From an uncultured Gemmatimonadales bacterium (GTDB lineage: Bacteria > Gemmatimonadota > Gemmatimonadetes > Longimicrobiales > RSA9), in the NCBI GenBank assembly GCA_963798085.1, contig CAWCRS010000003.1:736001-800000 (forward strand): a stretch of DNA of 64,000 nt, read 5' to 3'. The notes under the pieces are model-generated. The model had not been told where the DNA came from and ran no database searches. It saw nothing but the letters and a program-made list of their open reading frames with translations. Shown here in pieces: positions 58,386 to 64,000 of this stretch (positions are counted from its first letter, which is position 1; each line of letters begins with the position of its first letter). Made by a program: the position numbers and the translations under genes.

Positions 58386-58617
58386 CGCTCACCTTCGGCC
58401 AATGCAACACCTTCACCCGCAGCTTCCGCGGGTGACGGACCGAACCGGGGGTCGGTTGCGTTCCGGAATACCATGACCATAGTAGCACGGTCCGGTGAAC
58501 ACCAGCGTTTCGGGACCTGTGGCACACGGGCCTGGCCTGCCGCCCGGGCGTGTTTTGCTCGGGCGGACTGGAATGTCTTGCGACGGTCGGGCGCGCTGCC
58601 GGCAACGGGTTGCTGAA

Positions 58618-58762
58618 TCGGACCAGCTTGGCATTCTTTCCATTCGGCCGCCGCCACTATCCAGGCGACCCACGCGACGATCAAAACCGGTCACTCCATG
58701 CCTGCCCGAGCCTCGATCCTGTGCGTATGGCGCACAACCCAAGAATGCCAAAGACGGTCCGA
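58618..58762 (-). repeat. Inverted, diverged third copy of the 52730/53082 element
   Basis: CACAACCCAAGAATGCCAAAGACGGTCCGA closely matches the reverse complement of the element's left end; TCGGACCAGCTTGGCATTCTTTC matches its right end. Confidence 0.8.
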
Positions 58763-58791
58763 TGCGCGCGGCCCTTGTTATATTCCCCGGC

Positions 58792-59070
58792 ATGAGCAAG
58801 TTCGCGAAGGGCAAATCGTGGATCGAGCACCGCCTCGCGGATGACCTGGCGGTCGACGGTTCGCACTACACGGTCAACCTGATCGCGCGGAAGGGCACGG
58901 GTGTGCAGGGCTTTCGTGTGACGCTGGTCTACATCCCGCACGAGGGCGGTCGTGATCTCGAGGTGGACCTTCCCAATGCGGCCACGACGGCCGACGTGCA
59001 TCGCGTGACCCGCGAGCTGGCGGAGGACGGCGCCCAGCTGGTGCGGCTCTCGGCGGGTGCGGTGTCGTGA
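58792..59070 (+). CDS. Hypothetical protein
   Basis: ATG 58792; typical GC-rich codon usage; overlaps the next gene (GTGA). Confidence 0.75.
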   Translation: MSKFAKGKSWIEHRLADDLAVDGSHYTVNLIARKGTGVQGFRVTLVYIPHEGGRDLEVDLPNAATTADVHRVTRELAEDGAQLVRLSAGAVS

Positions 59071-59894
59071 CGGTTCCGGCACCGTCCGCGCGGTCCCGGC
59101 TGGCGCAGCTGGTCGCCGGGCTCGACTCGGATGTGGACCTGGCCCTGGGCGCGCTGCTGATCGCCGCCGAAGAGTACCCGCAGCTGGCGCCTGAGCTGTA
59201 CCTGCGCCGGCTGGACCTGCTGGCCGAGAAGGTACGCGACCGGCTGGCAGATGAGACAGCGACGCTGCTCGTGATGCAGGAACTCAGTCGCGTGCTGTTC
59301 GAGGAAGAGGGGTACCGCGGCAATGCCGACGCGTATTACAATGCCCGCAATTCCTTCCTCAACGACGTTCTCGATCGCCGCCTTGGCATCCCGCTGACGC
59401 TGAGCATCATCTATCTCGAAGTGGGATGGCGTCTGGGTCTGCCACTCGAGGGCGTGAATTTCCCCGGCCATTTCCTGGTCCGCTACATGGGCGAGGCGCT
59501 GCGGCTGCTGATCGACCCGTTCCAGGGCGGCGAAGTGCGCTTCGAGGACCAGGCGCAGGAGCTGCTCGATCGTGTGTACGACCGCCAGGTCAAGCTCAAG
59601 AGCGAGTACCTGCGTGCGGCCAGCCGCAAGGACATGCTGGTCCGGCTGCTCGACAACCTCAAGGGCATCTACATGAATGCGCGCGATGATGCGCGCGCGC
59701 TGGCCGCGGTCGAGCGCATCATCCTGATGCGGCCCACCGCGTGGGAGCAGGTGCGTGATCGCGGCATGCTGCTGGCGCGCATTGGCCGAGTGGATGAAGC
59801 GATCGTCGATCTGCAGCGCTACCTCTCGACCGCTCCCGACGCGACCGATGCGGAACGCGTCCGCCTGCTGCTCGATGAGCTGGCCCGCGAATAA
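59067..59894 (+). CDS. SirB1-family transglutaminase-like/TPR protein
   Basis: GN...YY..RNSFLNDVLDRRLGIP, GVNFPGHFLV, IDPF and TPR (RDRGML) motifs. Confidence 0.92.
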   Translation: MTVPAPSARSRLAQLVAGLDSDVDLALGALLIAAEEYPQLAPELYLRRLDLLAEKVRDRLADETATLLVMQELSRVLFEEEGYRGNADAYYNARNSFLNDVLDRRLGIPLTLSIIYLEVGWRLGLPLEGVNFPGHFLVRYMGEALRLLIDPFQGGEVRFEDQAQELLDRVYDRQVKLKSEYLRAASRKDMLVRLLDNLKGIYMNARDDARALAAVERIILMRPTAWEQVRDRGMLLARIGRVDEAIVDLQRYLSTAPDATDAERVRLLLDELARE

Positions 59895-59912
59895 GCGGCG
59901 AGCGGTGCCCGC

Positions 59913-61199
59913 ATGACCCGGCCCGACGAACCGCAGAACACCGCCCTCACGCCGGCCCCGGCCGCGCCCTCGCCGGTGCCCGCTACCGCGCCGCCGTCGC
60001 CGTTGCGCGCGCTGCACGAGCGTCTGGGTGTGCGCTGGACGCTGCGCGCGCTGGGACCGGACGCGGCGCCGCTCGAGCTGCCGCGCAATTACGGTGATCC
60101 GGCCGGGGAATACAATGCCGCGCGCACGGGCGCGATCCTTGTCGATCGTGTGGATCGCGCGCTCATTCGCGTGTTCGGTCGCGATCCCGTGCGCATGGTG
60201 CACGGCCTGGTCACGAACGATGTGCAGAGCGTGGCTCCCGGCCAGGCGGTGTACAGCGGGCTGCTCACGCCCAAGGGTCGTCTGCTCGCGGACCTGCGCA
60301 TCCTGCGGCGCGTCGATGATCTGCTGCTCGAGACCGACATCGCCGCGGCCGTCAATGTGCGGACCGCGCTGACGAAGTACGTGCCGCCGCTGTTCGCGCG
60401 CAGCGCCAGCGAGGCGGGCAAACTCGCTGTTATGGGCGTCTACGGTCCGGCGGCCCGCCGTGTGCTGGCGCGTGTGCTGGAGCCTGAGGCGGAATCGTCG
60501 CCTGCAGCCGTACCCTCCCCGGTGGACGCATCGGCCGCCGAACTGCTGCCGGCGGGACAGCGCGAGGATGCGGTTACGCCGGCCCGCTTCCGTGGCCAGC
60601 CGCTGACGCTGCTGTGCACCCGCTACGCGGGCGTCGAGGGCTGGGACGCCATCGTCGCCTGCCACCTTCTGGAAGAGCTGTGGACCGCGCTCCAGCAGGC
60701 CGGCGCGCGGCCCGCGGGTCACGCCACGCTCGACGTGCTGCGCATCGAAGCCGGCCGGCCGCGCTGGGGCGCCGAGCTGACCGAGGAAGTGATCCCGCTC
60801 GAGGCCGGCATCCAGGATCGCGCCATCAGCATGACCAAGGGCTGTTACACGGGGCAGGAAGTGATCGTCCGCATCCTCCATCGCGGGCATGTGAACCGCC
60901 ACCTGCGCGGCCTGCGCTTTCCGCCGGTAGCGCAGACGCCGGGCGCAGGATCGGGCGACGATTCACCTCCACCCGCCGAAGCGTCCGACGCCCCCTCTCC
61001 CGCCGCCGGCGCCGCGCTCTACCGCCCGCCCGAAGCCAAACCCGTTGGTACCATCACCAGCGCCTGCGATTCCCCGCTCGCCGGCCAGACCATCGCGCTC
61101 GGCTACGTGCGGCGCGAGGTCGAACCTGGAACTACCGTTGGGGTTGGCGCTCCCGAAGGCCCGGGCGCCGTCGTTGTGGCGTTACCGTTTGCCTTCTGA
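59913..61199 (+). CDS. ygfZ: YgfZ/GcvT folate-binding protein
   Basis: KGCYTGQE signature; LLTPKGR and LRIEAG.P motifs. Confidence 0.88.
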   Translation: MTRPDEPQNTALTPAPAAPSPVPATAPPSPLRALHERLGVRWTLRALGPDAAPLELPRNYGDPAGEYNAARTGAILVDRVDRALIRVFGRDPVRMVHGLVTNDVQSVAPGQAVYSGLLTPKGRLLADLRILRRVDDLLLETDIAAAVNVRTALTKYVPPLFARSASEAGKLAVMGVYGPAARRVLARVLEPEAESSPAAVPSPVDASAAELLPAGQREDAVTPARFRGQPLTLLCTRYAGVEGWDAIVACHLLEELWTALQQAGARPAGHATLDVLRIEAGRPRWGAELTEEVIPLEAGIQDRAISMTKGCYTGQEVIVRILHRGHVNRHLRGLRFPPVAQTPGAGSGDDSPPPAEASDAPSPAAGAALYRPPEAKPVGTITSACDSPLAGQTIALGYVRREVEPGTTVGVGAPEGPGAVVVALPFAF

Positions 61200-61266
61200 C
61201 GAGTATTCCCAACCGCCAATTGCCTCGCCCCGCTTTGCCGGTCATCTTCGCTCGGGAGGTGAAAGG

Positions 61267-61536
61267 ATGAAGGGTACGCCTGAGGGCGAGGCGCGGCGCG
61301 CGCTGGCGAGGCTGCGCCGCTCGGTGGAGAAGGCACGGGCCGAGCTCGATGCCGTGGAGGGCTCATTGAAGCATGCGGAGGGTCGGGATTTCCCGGCGGA
61401 CGCGTTCGCCGAGACCGCGCGCCACCTGCATGCGGTCGAGGATTTCGTCGATGAGCAGGCCGAGCGGCTCGAGGAAAAGATGCTGCACGCGGGCGGGCTG
61501 GAGCCGGGTCGTGTGCGGCGCACGGGGGGCGGTTGA
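61267..61536 (+). CDS. Small helical hypothetical protein
   Basis: GGAGG/AAAGG RBS; MKGTPEGEARRALARL...; coupled to the next gene. Confidence 0.75.
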   Translation: MKGTPEGEARRALARLRRSVEKARAELDAVEGSLKHAEGRDFPADAFAETARHLHAVEDFVDEQAERLEEKMLHAGGLEPGRVRRTGGG

Positions 61537-61979
61537 TGCGGGACGGGCGGGACGGGCGGGATGGCAGGGAAGTGGTGCAGGATTCAGGCGACGCATCGCC
61601 TGCCGCGACCGGCGCTCACTTCCACCTGTTCGTGTACGGCACGTTGCGTTCGCACGGCGGTGCCGCGGCTCGCCTAACCGGTTGTCAGCTGGCAGGCGAT
61701 GCCGTGCTCGAAGGCACGTTGTACGATCTCGGCGATTTTCCCGCGCTCATGCTCTACGGCTCATCGCCCGTGCACGGCGAAGTCTGGCGCTGCCCGGCCG
61801 ACATGCTGCCCGGTCTGGACGAGTACGAAGGCGTGGATCGCGGGCTGTTCCGGCGTGCCGCCGTGACGGCGGGTGGCGTTCCCGGCTGGACGTACGTCGC
61901 CGGCCCGGCGCTGGCGCATCAGCTGACGCCGGAGCGGCGTCTGCGCAGCGGCGACTGGCGACCCCGCACGCCCGCATGA
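61536..61979 (+). CDS. Gamma-glutamylcyclotransferase (AIG2-like) family protein
   Basis: LFVYGTLR, LYDLGDFPAL, GEV and LDEYEG motifs. Confidence 0.92.
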   Translation: MRDGRDGRDGREVVQDSGDASPAATGAHFHLFVYGTLRSHGGAAARLTGCQLAGDAVLEGTLYDLGDFPALMLYGSSPVHGEVWRCPADMLPGLDEYEGVDRGLFRRAAVTAGGVPGWTYVAGPALAHQLTPERRLRSGDWRPRTPA

Positions 61980-62011
61980 AACGGGGCCGCTCTCCCGTGC
62001 GCGGCTGATTC

Positions 62012-63685
62012 GTGGAGCGCCGCGCCTTCCTGCACGCGGCCGCGGCGAGTCTCGTCGCGGGCCCGCTGCTCCGGCGGGGCGGGCGGGGAGTCCCCCGCAG
62101 CCGGGCGGACATCCTCATACGCGGCGGCATGGTCTACGACGGCACAGGCACGGCGCCGGTGGCCGCCGATGTGCTGGTGCAGGGCGACCGCATCCAGCGC
62201 GTCGCGAGAGGCATCACCGCCACGGGCGCGACGGTGATTGATGCCCGCCGCATGGCCGTGGCGCCCGGTTTCATCGATATCCACGCGCACACGGACACGG
62301 TGCTCTTCGCATTTCCCGAGGCGCAGAGCAAGATCCGGCAGGGCGTGACCACGGAAGTGGCGGGCCAGGACGGTTCATCGGTAGGGCCCATGTCACCGGA
62401 GAGCGCGGCTCGCGTGCGCGAGCAGTATCGCGCGCAGCAGGGCATTGCCGTCGACCTCTCCACGCTGGGCAGCTTCTTCCGCAGCCTCGAGGCCCACCCC
62501 GGCGCCGTCAACGTCGCCAGCATGGTGGGCACGGGCACGCTGCGCGGTCTGGTCGTGGGCGAAGACGATCGGCCCGCCACCGACGCGGAGATCGCACGCA
62601 TGGCCGCGCTGGTGGCCGATGCGCTGCGCAATGGCGCGTGCGGCGTGTCCAGCGGGCTCGAGTACGAGCCGGGCGGTTTCGCCTCGCGCGAGGAGCTGGC
62701 CGCGGTGGCGTCGCCCATGAAGGGCATGGGCCTGCCCTATGCCACCCACATGCGCAACGAGGATGACGCGCTGTTAGGCGCCATCGAAGAGGCGCTGTTC
62801 GTGGGCCGCACCGCCGGCGTGCCCGTGCAGATCTCGCACCTCAAGGCGCAGGGCCAGCGCAACTGGTGGAAGGCCGAGCCGGTGCTGCACCTGCTCGAGT
62901 CCGCGCGCAGCGGCGGCATCGACGTGATGTTCGACCGCTACCCCTACGTCGCGTACAGCACGGGCCTCTCGAATCTGTTCCCGCTGTGGACGCGTGATGG
63001 CGGCACGTCCGCGTTCCTCGCGCGCCTCGATGATGCGCAGCAGAGCGCGCGCATCGAGACCGCGGTGCGTGACAAGATCGCGCAGCTCGGATCCTGGGAC
63101 GCGGTGCAGATCACATCGACCGCAGCGGAATCGCTGGCGTGGGCGAGAGGCCAGCGGCTGGGCAGACTCGCGGAGTCCCGGGGCCGGGAACCGTACGCGC
63201 TGCTCCTCGAAATCATGCGCACGGACCGGGCGAGCACCGGCATGGTGGGGTTTGCCATGAGCGAGGAGAACACGGCGAGGATCCTGGCGCACCCGCTCGG
63301 CATGGTCTGCTCCGACGGCAGCGCGCTGGCCACATCGGGCCCGCTGGCGAGCGGCTCACCGCATCCGCGCTCCTTCGGCACGTTCCCGCGCGTGCTCGGC
63401 CATTACGTGCGCGAACAGCGTGTCATGAACCTGCAAACCGCCATCCACAAGATGACGGGTATGCCGGCAACACGGCTGCGCCTGCGCGGCCGCGGCACGA
63501 TAGCGCCGGCGGCGTTCGCCGACATCGTCGTATTCGATCCGGAAACGGTGGCCGATCGCGCCACGTTCGAGAACCCGTTCCAGTATCCCGCCGGCATCCC
63601 GTGGGTGCTCGTGAACGGCGTGCCCGTGATCCGCGAAGGCGAGCACACTGGCGAAAAACCGGGACAGGTGCTGAGGCCCGGCTGA
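62012..63685 (+). CDS. N-acyl-D-amino-acid deacylase (D-aminoacylase) with Tat-like leader
   Basis: PGFIDIHAH, HMRNE, ISHLK, HPRSFGTFPR and ADIVVFDP motifs; ERRAFL N-terminus. Confidence 0.92.
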   Translation: MERRAFLHAAAASLVAGPLLRRGGRGVPRSRADILIRGGMVYDGTGTAPVAADVLVQGDRIQRVARGITATGATVIDARRMAVAPGFIDIHAHTDTVLFAFPEAQSKIRQGVTTEVAGQDGSSVGPMSPESAARVREQYRAQQGIAVDLSTLGSFFRSLEAHPGAVNVASMVGTGTLRGLVVGEDDRPATDAEIARMAALVADALRNGACGVSSGLEYEPGGFASREELAAVASPMKGMGLPYATHMRNEDDALLGAIEEALFVGRTAGVPVQISHLKAQGQRNWWKAEPVLHLLESARSGGIDVMFDRYPYVAYSTGLSNLFPLWTRDGGTSAFLARLDDAQQSARIETAVRDKIAQLGSWDAVQITSTAAESLAWARGQRLGRLAESRGREPYALLLEIMRTDRASTGMVGFAMSEENTARILAHPLGMVCSDGSALATSGPLASGSPHPRSFGTFPRVLGHYVREQRVMNLQTAIHKMTGMPATRLRLRGRGTIAPAAFADIVVFDPETVADRATFENPFQYPAGIPWVLVNGVPVIREGEHTGEKPGQVLRPG

Positions 63686-63807
63686 GAACACAAGCCCGAC
63701 GCCCGGAGGCGGCGGGCCCTTCACAGCAAGGGCCGACGGTTGAGGCCCGGCTGAGAACACAAGCCCGACGCCCGGAGGCGGCGGGCCCTTCACAGCAAGG
63801 GCCGACG
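63672..63807. repeat. 69-bp tandem duplication covering the aminoacylase stop and a hairpin
   Basis: TGAGGCCCGGCTGAGAACAC...GGCCCTTCACAGCAAGGGCCGACG at 63672 and 63741. Confidence 0.93.
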
Positions 63808-63895
63808 TCCGCCAAATGGGCGCGACGGCGGCAAGCGCTGTTCTAACACTTTGTTTGGGACGTCTGTTGAACGACAGCCTGGGAGGCTCGGGACA

Positions 63896-64000
63896 ATGCA
63901 GCTCGGAATGATCGGACTCGGTCGCATGGGCGCCAACATGGTCCGGCGCATCATGCGGCGCGGGCATTCATGCGTGGTATACGACGTCAGTGCGCAGGCC
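63896..64000 (+). CDS. gnd: 6-phosphogluconate dehydrogenase (decarboxylating, short YqeC type), N-terminus only
   Basis: [18 protein letters not shown]....[14 protein letters not shown] upstream. Confidence 0.85.
   Translation, partial: MQLGMIGLGRMGANMVRRIMRRGHSCVVYDVSAQA

Noticed and set aside
58929..60902. 657-aa minus-strand ORF
   Set aside because: Antisense shadow of the SirB1-family and ygfZ genes.
1..64000. tRNA, rRNA, transposase, integrase or prophage genes
   Set aside because: None recognised by eye. A tRNAscan, Infernal or ISfinder run would be needed to exclude them formally.

Overview
GC-rich bacterial DNA. The gene style (ADOP permease, flagellar gene order) suggests Gemmatimonadota, but this is an inference. 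Positions ~1-37.3 kb hold a near-complete flagellar supercluster, mostly on the minus strand. In transcription order it reads flgB-flgC-orf-fliE-fliF-fliG-fliH-fliI-fliJ-motE-like-fliK(+M15 peptidase)-flgD-flgE / fliL-fliM::fliN-fliO::fliP-fliQ-fliR-flhB-flhA-flhF-flhG-fliA-orf / flgF-flgG-flgA-flgH-flgI::flgJ-flgN-flgK-csrA / motA-motB / fliC-fliD. It also includes a sigma54-dependent response regulator and a divergent flgL-fliW pair. The regulatory hierarchy is readable in the DNA: sigma54 -24/-12 promoters, each with a shared upstream CGGCA-N5-TGCCG palindrome, sigma28 promoters before fliC, motA, flgL and cheA, and CsrA-type GGA hairpins in the fliC leader. Many genes between 23 and 38.4 kb carry frameshifts, probably assembly indels. 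The rest of the window holds an orphan cheA, a multi-PAS hybrid kinase with a receiver protein, an AraC regulator, an ADOP permease, an MFS transporter, a nirK-Rrf2 pair, SirB1-, YgfZ- and GGCT-family genes, a D-aminoacylase, the start of gnd, and at least three families of intergenic repeats. The most notable oddity is a FliK-position protein with an internal M15 peptidoglycan-peptidase domain, in a cluster whose FlgJ lacks a muramidase. No rRNA, tRNA, CRISPR array or transposase was recognised.
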